A stretch of 64,000 bases of DNA from an uncultured Actinomycetota bacterium. GTDB taxonomy: Bacteria; Actinomycetota; Acidimicrobiia; Acidimicrobiales; Bog-793. Positions 48,690-58,254 of this stretch are shown here, one piece after another. A model generated the notes under the pieces. The model ran no database searches. It was not told the DNA's origin and was given only the letters and a program-made list of their open reading frames with translations. Numbering within the stretch: position 1 is the stretch's first letter; every line of letters starts with the position of its first letter. A program made the position numbers and the translations under genes. The stretch spans positions 1,513 through 65,512 of the forward strand of contig CAVWVO010000004.1 in assembly GCA_963758515.1 (NCBI GenBank), given 5' to 3'.

Positions 48690-48875
48690 CTACCGGCTGG
48701 AGCCGGCCGCCACGATCCGGCGGAGCAGGTACAAGTCAAGGACCAAGGGGAGGACGAATACCAGGCCCCACCAGTGTCCCGTGGCGCAGAGCACAATGAC
48801 GATGACGGCGATCCACACTGCCAGCAGCAGCCGGATCACCAGCGATGACCTTCGGTGCCGTAGATCCCACTTCAT
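48690..48875 (-). CDS. Hypothetical small two-TM protein
   Basis: 61-aa ORF with two hydrophobic spans, directly upstream of and co-directional with 48259-48591. Confidence 0.35.
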   Translation of the reverse strand: MKWDLRHRRSSLVIRLLLAVWIAVIVIVLCATGHWWGLVFVLPLVLDLYLLRRIVAAGSSR

Positions 48876-49503
48876 TGTTGCCCCATGCTACGACCAACTG
48901 GCCTCTGGCATCCCTCGGAAACTCGGGGTGCTGGGATCACCCGGCGCCGGGGATCCCTGCGCCCGTCCTCCGACCAGAGCGCCGCGCAACAGGGCGGTCA
49001 GCGCACCGGCTACGTCCGAGCAATCGTTATCACGAGCACGAAATGGGCGATCTGGGGCTCCGCGGCTGTCTCCGAACGCGCGTCGCCCAATCTCGCCGTC
49101 CCAAGTCCTGCAGGGCGCCCCGAAACGCCGGTCCAAGGACCTAGTCGGTGTGGCGTTCTGGCAGGACGTCCTCGCCCCGCTCGCCTGCCTCTTCGGCGGC
49201 AACGGCAGAGGCAACGCTGACTGCATCTCTGCTCATCTCCTCACTGACGAGACGAGTGACACCATCGACCGAGTTCTGCATCTCCGGCAGTAGGGGAAGT
49301 AGTTTCACTCGAAGGCCCTCGGCGGTCTGGCCCGCTGTAACACGTGTGAACATGCCGTAGAACTCCGGATTCGTTAGCACGAGCAGCCGGATGGATGCTG
49401 ACACGAGAGTCAGGAAGTACACCTCGTTCAGGCATGTGACGACCTTGCCCGTCGGATGGTTACCTCAGCTCGTGAGCCCGCTATTTGCCTTGATCGACGC
49501 AAC

Positions 49504-49827
49504 TCAGTATTGAATGTCTAGGGCGTAGCGCACGGCTTGGTCGAGCCTGACGCGGGTGCCGAGGTCGAGATGACCGACGGCCTCTGGCTCGAGGAGCGTG
49601 GTGGGAATGGTGATCAGGTTGTCGCAGCTGATGACGCTTTGATCGGCAAGGCCTTGTGCAGGCCCGACTTCAACCTCGGAACGGATACCACGGATAGTTC
49701 GTGTGATCGGGGCGCAGGTGAGAGCAGTGAGGACGGCTATAGCGGCGTCTCGGGTCAGGACGCAGACAGGCCGCCTCCCGGCTGGCGGCCCCAGGTCCGC
49801 CCAGATGATGTCGCCGCGCTCTACCAC
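49504..49827 (-). CDS. mazF: MazF/PemK-family type II toxin (endoribonuclease)
   Basis: RGDIIWADLGPPAGRRPVCVLTRDAAI....LTCAPITRTIRGIRSEVEV...SVISCDNLITI pattern. 7-nt overlap with the antitoxin gene. Confidence 0.8.
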   Translation of the reverse strand: MVERGDIIWADLGPPAGRRPVCVLTRDAAIAVLTALTCAPITRTIRGIRSEVEVGPAQGLADQSVISCDNLITIPTTLLEPEAVGHLDLGTRVRLDQAVRYALDIQY

Positions 49828-50066
49828 TCGGGGGCGGTCAGTGACGCGAGTCGTGATGCGGCGGAGACAATCGCCGGATCCTGGGGCAGCCTCCGGTAGG
49901 CATCCTGCAGGGCGCGGTCTGCTTCGGCGTGTTCAGCGGCTTCGAGGACTGCAGCAGCGCCGCGTCGCAGTAGCTCTGAGCGGCTGGTTCCTTGTTTGTC
50001 GGCAAGTCGGTCCAGGCGGTCGATGAGTTCGTCGTCGAGCTGTACGAGCACTTCCTTCCGTCCCAT
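49821..50066 (-). CDS. Ribbon-helix-helix (CopG-like) antitoxin
   Basis: MGRKEVLVQLDDELIDRLDRLADKQGTSRSELLRRGAAAVL. Start ATG confirmed at 50066. Confidence 0.75.
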   Translation of the reverse strand: MGRKEVLVQLDDELIDRLDRLADKQGTSRSELLRRGAAAVLEAAEHAEADRALQDAYRRLPQDPAIVSAASRLASLTAPEW

Positions 50067-50092
50067 GACCATATGGTAGACCATATGGTCAT
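50065..50092. promoter_or_regulatory. 28-bp perfect palindrome ATGACCATATGGT-AG-ACCATATGGTCAT overlapping the antitoxin start codon. Candidate TA operator.
   Basis: 13-bp arms read directly. This is the most AT-rich element of the locus. Confidence 0.6.
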
Positions 50093-50187
50093 GCATGTGA
50101 CCGCAGCTACCGGCGGTCCCGGCTTCGCTGGGTTCCTCACCACAAGGAGGGATTCCAATTGACCGCGACCACGACGACCATCGAGCG

Positions 50188-50560
50188 GTGGCCGGGGTGG
50201 GCACCGGCATCGCGATGGCAACTGCGATGTCTGCGGCTCTAGTCGAGCTGTCGGAGGAGAAGAGCGGAGTCGGCTCCGAGGGTGATGCAGGCTGTCAACA
50301 AGACCGGGGGTCCGCTCGGCATCGCCCTTCTCGGCAGCGTACTGAGCGCGGGCTATCTAGCCCGACTCGACCGGGTAGGTCTACCTGCCGCCGCCGTGGC
50401 GGCCGTCCGCCAAAGCGTCTTCGGCGGCGTGGCTGTCGCCCACAAGCTACATTCCCCGGCGCTACTCACCTCGGTGCAGCGAGCCTTCGTCTCAGCCGGT
50501 ATCGCCTTGGCCGGCCTTGTCCTCACCGTTGTCTTCTGCCTCAGACAAATGCTCCGAAGG
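50188..50560 (+). pseudogene. C-terminal fragment of an MFS (EmrB/QacA-type) transporter, frameshifted
   Basis: GVGTGIAMATAMSAALVELSEEKSGVGS then, in another frame, MQAVNKTGGPLGIALLGSVLSAGYLARL.. No upstream TM1-12. Confidence 0.5.
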
Positions 50561-50649
50561 AGTCACGGCAGCCGTCTGTGGACGCCGAAGGTAAAAAGGT
50601 CGGCAATCGGCGCCGCTGACCGCCGGCCAGGCTGCGTAGGACCAACATG

Positions 50650-51050
50650 TCAACGGCGAACGAGGTTGGCCTCGGCAGTCGGTGTGTGCTCGGCGAGCCA
50701 TCGACCGTGGGCTACGGGAGCCGCGGCGTCGTTCTCCCCATGCCACAGCTGGACAGGGATGGCAATCGATGAAACGTCGAACCCCCGGGGTGGGAGGAGA
50801 GCCCCCCAGTCGGCCCACCAGCCGAGATCGCCCTGGGTCGAAGCGTCCGCTGTCGCTGCTGCGAGAAAGGTTGCCATCTCACGGCTGTGAGCCGCGTCCT
50901 GGTCCGCCCTCCGCCCCAGCGGCGAATCGGCCGGCCGCCAGCGCGTCGATAGCATGAGCCCCGATGCCCCGGCGTTCCCTTCGTCGAGTCGGAACTCGAG
51001 GTTCGTCGGCTCTGCGACCGAGCCTGGTGAAGAGCGATGAGATCCTGAGG
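50650..51050 (-). pseudogene. Alpha/beta hydrolase C-terminal fragment
   Basis: FDVSSIAIPVQLWHGENDAAAPVAHGRWLAEHTPTAEANLV, followed by a premature stop before the catalytic His. The upstream part is out of frame. Confidence 0.45.
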
Positions 51051-51099
51051 CGACGCCCGTCTACGTAGCAAAGAACACGATCTCTTTAAAGGAGCAGCG

Positions 51100-51875
51100 A
51101 TGACGAACCGACCCGTCGCCCCGCCGGGGCTCCCTGCTGGGTCGACCTGTGGACCTCAGACATCGAGGGCAGCCGCCAGTTCTATGCCGAACTGTTCGGC
51201 TGGCAGGCAGGCGAGCCGAGCCCCGATCACGGCGGCTACTTCATGTTCACCCGCGCCGGCATTCCGGTCGCCGGGGCGATGGGCGACATGGGTGAGGCGC
51301 GCGCCAACAACACGTGGAAGCCCTTCTTCGCTACGGAGGACATCGAGCGCACCCTCAAGCTCGCCGCGGCGCACGGGGCACGGTGCGTCTCCCGGCCATG
51401 GCGATCGACGATCTCGGCCATCAGGCGGTGATCGCCGACCCGGCGGGGGCGGTAACTGGCATCTGGCAGCCCGGCAGCTTTCCCGGCTTCACCGTGATCC
51501 ACGAGCACGGCACCCCGAGCTTCATCGCCATCGACGTCCACGACTACCACAGAGAGGTCGCCTTCTATCGCCAAGTGTTCGGCTGGGATCCACTCGAGGA
51601 GGAGGTCGACGGTCATCACTACGCCGGCTACATGGACCCGGACAACAACCGACCAATCGCCGGGATCGGCGACGAGGTGGAGTCGCTGGCCCCCAGAGAA
51701 TCGCCGCACTGGTCGGTGTTCTGGCAAAGCGACGATGTCGACGCCTCGGTCGCGAAAGTCAGCGCGCTTGGCGGCGCGGTGCTCACGCGAGGCTGCCGAC
51801 CACGGCCTCGGGCGGGTCGCCCGAGTGGCCGACCCCACCGGCGCGCCCTTTTGGCTCTTCCGGCCCAAGGGTTAG
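51100..51875 (+). pseudogene. Two-domain VOC (glyoxalase/bleomycin-resistance fold) protein with 3 frameshifts
   Basis: ATG at 51100 in frame 0. GAPCWVDLWTSDIEGSRQFYAELFGWQ is in another frame with no start codon. GTVRLPAMAIDDLGHQAVIADPAGAVTGIWQP follows after a second shift. EAADHGLGRVARVADPTGAPFWLFRPKG-stop follows an extra C near 51788. Confidence 0.75.
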
Positions 51876-52670
51876 TACATGGCCGGCCCGCCAGGCGAGC
51901 GAAGCCAACGACGAAATGCGCCGGTAGTAGGTCACCAACTCCACAGTGATTTGGTGGTCACCGAGGTCGGCGATCGACAAGGGCGAAGCACTCGCGAGGG
52001 AACATCGCCCTCAGCAGGCAGTGCATTTACGCGCAATCGACGGGACCCGGACCATTGGCCATGCTCAGGATCGACACCGACATGTTGAGCGATGCTATCG
52101 ACGCCCGCGCCTATCCCATAGAAGTCGTCGAGTGCGTCCCTAAACGACAGGGATCGGTCATGCCCGATCGCCGGGTCGGCGCCGTTCGCGATCGCGACCG
52201 ACAGCCAGTTCCGAGCTACCCCGATGACCGTCGGTCTTACCTTGCAGCAATACAGCTGATCTCGACGACGGCTCCCTCATCGACCACTCGTTTACCCGAC
52301 GCCGTCCAAGCCGAAAAACGTCGCTAAGGAATTGTCCTGCGATGGCGATGAGGAGCTCTGCCTGAGCCCGAAGTCGCGAGTGGTGGTGATGCGCGGACTT
52401 CGGCGGGCCGCTCACAACCATGGCATCCGAGGACGATGTGGAACTGAACAACTCGCAGGAGGACTAGCTACTTCCCCGTCAGGACGGTCACATCGGACGC
52501 GCCGCTCGGTGCGAAGCCGACGGACCCTCTTGCTCTGACAGATGCCCATCACCACCGCATGGTCTTCATGATCGGCATGTCGACGCTGCCCGGATCTCGA
52601 CGCGGCGCAGTGTCATACTCGCTAACCGCCTGGTTGAGTTCGCTCGACGTGTCGATCAGTGCAACGACAC

Positions 52671-52699
52671 CAACCCATTTGGTGTGGCCGATTGGGTTG
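52671..52699 (+). promoter_or_regulatory. Imperfect 12-bp-arm inverted repeat CAACCCATTTGG-TGTGG-CCGATTGGGTTG upstream of the NRAMP gene
   Basis: Ten Watson-Crick pairs, one G-U wobble and one mismatch. It ends 22 nt before the ATG at 52721. Confidence 0.3.
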
Positions 52700-52720
52700 A
52701 AGGGAACTAACTCCTCTAGA

Positions 52721-54085
52721 ATGACAACCACTGCCGCCCGGGCGAAGCGACCGGGCGGTTCCAAGAGCCGGCGCGCCCGGGTCGACACGACCCGCACGGC
52801 CAGCGGCCCCCTGTGGCGTCGGTACCTGCGCCTGCTCGGACCGGGCCTCGTAACCGGTGCCTCCGATGACGACCCGTCTGGCATAGCTACCTACGCCCAG
52901 GCCGGGGCCAAACTCGGCTTCGGCCTCCTGTGGTCCGCCCTCTTAACTCTGCCGCTAATGGCGGCAGTACAGGAAATGTGTGACCGCACCGCGCTCGCCA
53001 CCGGCAAGGGGTTGGGCGAGCTGATCATGAAGCGCTTCGAGCGGAAGGGCCGACGCGTCGTAACGCTCCTCCTGGCTGCCCTCATCGTGGCGAACGCGCT
53101 CAACATCGCCGCCGATCTGCTGGCCGTCGGCTCCGGCATGCACCTGCTCCACGCCGGTCCCACCGGCCTGTGGGCGCTCCTCGGGGGCGTGGCAATCACC
53201 GCGACTGTCGTGGCTGGCTCCTTCGAATGGCTGGGCAAGATTTTCAAGCTGCTCTGCCTCGCCCTCCTCGCCTATGTCGGCGTGCTGGTCATCGCCCATC
53301 CGCCGTGGGGAGCGGTAATGAGGCATACCCTTGTTCCACACCTCTCCCTGTCCCGGGACTACCTGTCCCTACTCGTCGCCGTGCTCGGTACCACCATCTC
53401 CCCGTATCTCTTCTTCTGGCAGAGCGCGCATCGCCTCGAGGAGATGCGCGACGAATCGGGAAGTCGGGACCGGGCGATCCCGCTCAAGGACCGAAGCGAC
53501 CGTCAGGCCGGCAAGAAGCGACGCTCGGCTCGGATAGACGTGTTCAGCGGCATGGCGTTGTCGAACCTGGTGATGTTCGCCATCATCGTCGCCACCGCCC
53601 AGACCCTGGCCCGCCACGGTCAGCATGACATAGTCAGTGCCGCTCAAGCTGCTAACGCCCTCAGGCCCATAGCCGGCCGTTTCGCCCAGCTCCTCTTCGC
53701 CCTCGGCTTCATCAGCTCCGGGATGCTTGCAATCCCCGTCCTCGCCGGCTCCGGCGCAGCGGGGATGGCCGGACTCCTGCACCGGCGCTGGGGCTTCTCC
53801 CGCTCCGTCCGCCAGGCTCCCGTCTTCTACGGCCTAGTCGGCGTGGGCACCGTTGGTGGCACACTGCTGAGCTTGGTCCACGTCGATCCGATCCACCTTC
53901 TGGTGTTCGTCGCCTTCATCAACGGGCTGGCCGCCGCTCCCTTTCTTGTGGTGGTTCTTCTGATCGCCAATGACCGAAAGATCATGGGTAACCGAGGCAA
54001 TGGCCGCGTGTCCAACGCTCTGTGCTGGGCCACCGCCGCTCTCATGGCTGTGGCCGCGGCGCTGCTCGTAACCGGGGGAGGTTGA
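52721..54085 (+). CDS. mntH: NRAMP-family divalent metal (Mn/Fe) transporter
   Basis: LLGPGLVTGASDDDPSGIATYAQAGAKLGFGLLW..LPLMAAVQEM motif region. 454 aa, about 11 TM. Confidence 0.85.
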   Translation: MTTTAARAKRPGGSKSRRARVDTTRTASGPLWRRYLRLLGPGLVTGASDDDPSGIATYAQAGAKLGFGLLWSALLTLPLMAAVQEMCDRTALATGKGLGELIMKRFERKGRRVVTLLLAALIVANALNIAADLLAVGSGMHLLHAGPTGLWALLGGVAITATVVAGSFEWLGKIFKLLCLALLAYVGVLVIAHPPWGAVMRHTLVPHLSLSRDYLSLLVAVLGTTISPYLFFWQSAHRLEEMRDESGSRDRAIPLKDRSDRQAGKKRRSARIDVFSGMALSNLVMFAIIVATAQTLARHGQHDIVSAAQAANALRPIAGRFAQLLFALGFISSGMLAIPVLAGSGAAGMAGLLHRRWGFSRSVRQAPVFYGLVGVGTVGGTLLSLVHVDPIHLLVFVAFINGLAAAPFLVVVLLIANDRKIMGNRGNGRVSNALCWATAALMAVAAALLVTGGG

Positions 54086-54288
54086 TCGCGGCCTCGAGGG
54101 GTCGCCAAAGGGCAACGCGTCCAACGATGAAGGTGCTTCGGGCCTGAGACTGGCGGTGTCAGCGAGCCACCGTGTTCCTTGACATGACGGCACACGGTTC
54201 CGCGCCGCACACGCTAGCGGAATGGCCGGGGCCGTCACCGTCACCTGAGCGCCGGGTAGCACGGGCCCTTCGCGCCTCGGCACTAGCC

Positions 54289-54522
54289 TCAGCCCGGCAC
54301 AAACGCGCCGTTGCTCGACATCGGTTCATCGACCGGCTCCACCGGATCTGAGTTCGGCATGGGTTCACCGACCGGCTCGTCTGGATCGCGGTTGGGCATG
54401 GGTTCACCGACCGGCTCCACTGGGGCCTGGCTTGGGCAGTCGTCCACGGAGCGGCTCCACTGGGTTCTCCTCGCTTGGTCTTCGGTCCTTTCGGCTCGCT
54501 CCGCATGCACGTCTGTTTTCAC
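54289..54522 (-). CDS. Hypothetical small acidic Pro-rich protein with three 13-aa repeats
   Basis: GTG start at 54522 with GAAGGGA 8 nt upstream. Repeats PVEPVGEPMPNRD / PDEPVGEPMPNSD / PVEPVDEPMSSNG are encoded by three 39-nt DNA units (54317-54433). Confidence 0.4.
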   Translation of the reverse strand: MKTDVHAERAERTEDQARRTQWSRSVDDCPSQAPVEPVGEPMPNRDPDEPVGEPMPNSDPVEPVDEPMSSNGAFVPG

Positions 54523-54542
54523 GGCTCGTCCCTTCTTACTTT

Positions 54543-54563
54543 TTCTATCGGACTCCGATAGAA
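54543..54563. promoter_or_regulatory. Palindrome TTCTATCGG-ACT-CCGATAGAA
   Basis: Perfect 9-bp arms, 21 nt upstream of the small repeat-protein gene start. The TATCGG-N3-CCGATA core is shared with 56410-56427. Confidence 0.45.
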
Positions 54564-54835
54564 CTTCTACCCGGCGGTTCGAGTTCGAAACGGTGAGCCT
54601 CGTAAGAGAGCGGTGGCAGACGTCCGTCCAGTGGCTGACGGCTCGAAGGCCGCAACCGATGTCCCGCCGGTTCGATCGCGGGCACGAGGGCTAACTCGGC
54701 TGGGGGGACCGTGGCGCAGGTGCTTGCGGCACCGACAGAGAGCGGGTCAGGCTGACGCCTGGGTGTTCAGGTCCGCCTCGAGGTGACCGGCGTCCGGTCC
54801 CAAAGTCCTGACCATTGATGACCCGGTCCTTGCCG

Positions 54836-55774
54836 TCATTCCTGCTCTAAGCGTACGCCCCAGGAGGTGGTGAGCGACTGCCCTGGTGCCAGTCGTATCA
54901 GCCCGTCCCCGCTCTGGAAGGCGTTCGGCGGACAGGTCATCGGCTCGCAACCGAGCCCGAGGCGCCGGCGGTCTGGGCTCAAGGTGTCCCCCGTATAGAT
55001 CTCGATGATGGGATAGTGCTCGTCGACCCACAGCGCTGCCCTGCTGCCGTCGGGAGCGGTAAGGCGGGCCCAGGCTCGCCCCAGTTCGTCACGGTGTAGG
55101 TCGGTGAACGGCGTATCGAGCTTCTGTGTGCCGATTCGCCGGGGCGTCCGGAAGTCGACGTCGGTCCCCTCTACCGCGGCCTTACCAGTCGGGAGCTGCC
55201 GCTCGTTGTCGGTGAGGATGCGGGTCGACGCCCCGAGCTCGAGGGTGCAATCGTCGATCGAGCCGGTCCCCGGCGAGAGGTACGGATGCTGGCCGGCGCC
55301 GTACGGGCACGCCTTCTCGCCGATGTTGGTGGCGGTGGTGACCACGAGGAGGCCCTCCTCGCCGAGCTCGTATGCCACCTCGACATCGAGCGTGAACGGG
55401 TAGCCCATGAGGGGATGGAGCCGGGTTTCCATGACCACCCGATTTGTCTCATGCTCCACCGCCCTCCACGACCGCCAGCGCAGGAAGCCGTGGATGGCGT
55501 TGTGTTTGTCCGGCTCGGTGAGGGCCATGACGTAGTCAGTCCCCTCGAAGGTGTACCTGCCGTCACCGAGGCGGTTGGGCCATGGGATGAGGGGCGCGCC
55601 GTGGGCGCCGTCACAGATCGCATCATGTGGGTAGGGCTCGAGCACCGGGCGTTCCGCCACGGCGTATTCACGGATGCCCCCGCCGACCTCGACGACGGTG
55701 GCTCGTTGCGAACCGTGCCGAATCTCGAATTGTGCACCTGAGGGTGGCGTGACCATCTCTGTCCTTCCCGTCAT
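54836..55774 (-). CDS. Aldose 1-epimerase (galactose mutarotase-like) family protein
   Basis: Intact 312-aa ORF. NRLGDGRYTFEGTDY, HNAIHGFLR, and the expected length and beta-sandwich pattern. Confidence 0.85.
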   Translation of the reverse strand: MTGRTEMVTPPSGAQFEIRHGSQRATVVEVGGGIREYAVAERPVLEPYPHDAICDGAHGAPLIPWPNRLGDGRYTFEGTDYVMALTEPDKHNAIHGFLRWRSWRAVEHETNRVVMETRLHPLMGYPFTLDVEVAYELGEEGLLVVTTATNIGEKACPYGAGQHPYLSPGTGSIDDCTLELGASTRILTDNERQLPTGKAAVEGTDVDFRTPRRIGTQKLDTPFTDLHRDELGRAWARLTAPDGSRAALWVDEHYPIIEIYTGDTLSPDRRRLGLGCEPMTCPPNAFQSGDGLIRLAPGQSLTTSWGVRLEQE

Positions 55775-55887
55775 AGGTCCTGCTCGTTCACAACTTTCGG
55801 ACAGTCATCTAACCTGGGCGGTCGGTCTGCCCAAGGTGGTATCAACCTCTGGCGGGGCTGGCATCGACCGGAGCCCGGGGATCGTGC

Positions 55888-56358
55888 TCACCCGCGTATG
55901 ATTTGCGCCAGCACGGCGGCCTCGCTCAGCTCCTCGTTCTTGGTGGCCGTCAGCAACGTGAGTGTCCCCTCCTCGCCAAACTCGACCAGGCGCCGTAGGC
56001 CGGAGACTGCCTCCGGCGAGACTGCGAGCTCAGCCCGGTAGCGCCGGCCGAACTCCTGAAACCGCGCCGGATCATGTCCGTACCACTTGCGCAGGGCCGT
56101 CGAGGGTGCCACCGTCTTCAACCACTCATCGAGGTCGGCCTTTTCCTTGGTCATGCCGCGCGGCCAGATGCGATCGACCAACACCCGCCGGCCGTCGCCT
56201 CGTTGCCTCGCTTCGTACACCCGGCGCACCCGGATGTCGAGGGAACTTCTGGGTTCAGCCTGTGCCGGCTCGACGAAGCTCTCAGCACTCATCTGTCGGC
56301 GAGCCGATCCCGTTTCGGGATGATCGTCTCCGCCGGACCCCTCTTCTGAAAGTGACAT
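55888..56358 (-). CDS. DUF488-family protein
   Basis: IRVRRVYEARQRGDGRRVLVDRIWPRGMTKEKADLDEWLKTVAPSTALRKWYGHDPARFQEF. Start (M at 56358 or 56292) uncertain. Confidence 0.75.
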   Translation of the reverse strand: MSLSEEGSGGDDHPETGSARRQMSAESFVEPAQAEPRSSLDIRVRRVYEARQRGDGRRVLVDRIWPRGMTKEKADLDEWLKTVAPSTALRKWYGHDPARFQEFGRRYRAELAVSPEAVSGLRRLVEFGEEGTLTLLTATKNEELSEAAVLAQIIRG

Positions 56359-56409
56359 GTCGCCTTCTTCCTGATGCCTCCTGCGGCACCGGCTATCTGG
56401 CGTCGCCCG

Positions 56410-56427
56410 TTCTATCGGCTCCCGATA
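56410..56427. promoter_or_regulatory. Palindrome TTCTATCGG-CTC-CCGATA, next to an AT-rich TAATAAAAT (minus-strand) stretch
   Basis: Perfect 6-bp arms TATCGG/CCGATA with a 3-nt spacer, about 55-70 nt upstream of the DUF488 start. Confidence 0.4.
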
Positions 56428-56592
56428 TTTTATTACCTGGTCGTACCTCGGTCGACGCCGTTTTAAACTGCCTTCTCCGGTTCTCCAGCCACTGCAAGGA
56501 CACAAGTGCTACCGCCCGGGTATCCGACTGGCACCGCACCCGGGCCCGCCCCTGCTCACTCGACATCTAGGACCGTTCTGGCCGACCCCTCC

Positions 56593-58210
56593 TCATCCCG
56601 GCCTATCGCCGGCGCCGGCGTCGTTCCCCGCAGCCTGGTTGGCGACGAGTCGCTGCTGGGACTCGGCCGCGGACGCGACGTCGACAGGGTAGGTCCGTCG
56701 CCCGAGGATAAGCATGAGGCCGCTCGCGGCAAGCGGTACGAGCATGATGAGGAAGGCATCGCGAAGACCGCGTACTTCGACCGGTGACCCGGGCGCAGAC
56801 TTCGCCCCGCTCGCTGCGCTGCCGAAACCAACACTCGAGCCGCCGAACTGCTGTGCCACGAGGCCGAACGTGAGGGGGGCGAATGCCTCGAGGGTCGTGC
56901 GCACCACGGTCCGCACCGCCTCCGCCCGTCCCCACAGTTGCGAGGGCACGACGTCGAGGCGGGCGGCGTCGAGCGTCGCATTCGGTGCCGCCACGCCGGC
57001 CGCCGCGAGCACCATCAGAGGGAGCGCCAGAGCAAGGTTGGAGGTGAGGACTGCCGGCGCCAGCAGCGCCGCCGCCAGCGCGTAACCGACGATCCCGATG
57101 TCCAACCTGGCAGTGATGCGTCCCTTGGCGATGAGTTGGTCCGATCGACGTCCGCCAAACACCACTCCGGCCATTGCACCGGCCCCGACCACGACGACGA
57201 GCAGCGTCGCCACGCTTTGGCTGATGTGGAAGTTGCCGCGGACGAAAAGGACGGCGAAGGTCTTGAGGCCGGCAAAGAAGAAGTAGCCGACAGACGAGGC
57301 GACGATCATGACGACGTTGGTCCTCACGCTCAGCACGTACCGGATCGCCTTTCGCAGCCTCCACCCGGACGGGTCTTCATCGATGACGATCTCTTCCTCA
57401 GCCTCTATGCCTTGACGGTCGATCTGTTCGAGGATCGCCGAGGGCAGTGCCTTCCTCGGCCGGCCTCGGCTCGCCGGGAGCGTCCTGCCCGGCCTGCCGG
57501 TTCGCCTCTTCAGCCGACGGGATGGACTCTGTGCCGCGCCGGAGCCAACTCGCGCCGCCGCGCGCCGGCTCGGGAAGGTACCGCCACAAGACATAGGCCA
57601 CTGCGAGGCTCGGGATCGCGAGGATTGTCATCGCCGGACGCCATCCGAACCACCCGGCCACCAAGCCGGAGATGAGGACGCCGAAACCAGCTCCGAGCAG
57701 CTCCCCCGTGATGATGAAGCCGTAGATGCGCCCTCGTTCGCTTGCCGGAAAGAGGTCGCCGGTGAGCGAGGCGACAGCCGGCGCCGCCACGCTGACGACG
57801 GCGCCGAGCCCGACACGGGTACAGACGAGCATCACGTAGGAGCTCGCCACACCACTCACCGCCTCGGCCACACCCCACACCACAATTGCCGCTGCCAGGA
57901 GACGAACCCGGTTCGCCCGGTCCACGAGGCTGCCCATCGGGACTGTGGCCGCTGCCCCTACGAGCGCCGTGACGGTGACGAGCAGGCCGAGGCCCAGGTT
58001 CGAGATGTGCAAGGACGCTTCGAGTTGCGGCGCGACGGCCCCAATGGCGCCCTGGTCGGCCGAGTCAAGCCCGAGCACCGCCGCCAGCAGGACGACGACC
58101 TGCACCCTCGCGCGGCCGCCGACTTGTGTTGTCAGGCGGTCGAGACCTTCGTGGATGTTCGAGTCGACGAAGTGCTCAGACGCCCGAGCCAACCGCCGGA
58201 AGCGCGCCAT
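56593..58210 (-). pseudogene. MFS transporter, single frameshift near 57440-57480
   Basis: The N-terminal half (57398-58210; GLDSADQGAIGAVAPQL, LVDRANRVRLL) and the C-terminal half (56593-57430) are both well formed but lie in different frames. Confidence 0.7.
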
Positions 58211-58254
58211 CTCTACTCTTTCGCTTGAGGGTCACACAGCTGCGCCGGCGCGGG

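Noticed and set aside
52500-52720. A manganese (yybP-ykoY) riboswitch ahead of the NRAMP gene.
   Set aside because: I could not find the conserved four-way-junction sequence blocks. Only the simple inverted repeat at 52671-52699 is present.
54655-54690. A tRNA-like T arm (CCCGCCGGTTCGATCGCGGG).
   Set aside because: It has a 5-bp stem with a 10-nt loop, no acceptor, D or anticodon arms around it, and no CCA context. It is just a GC hairpin.
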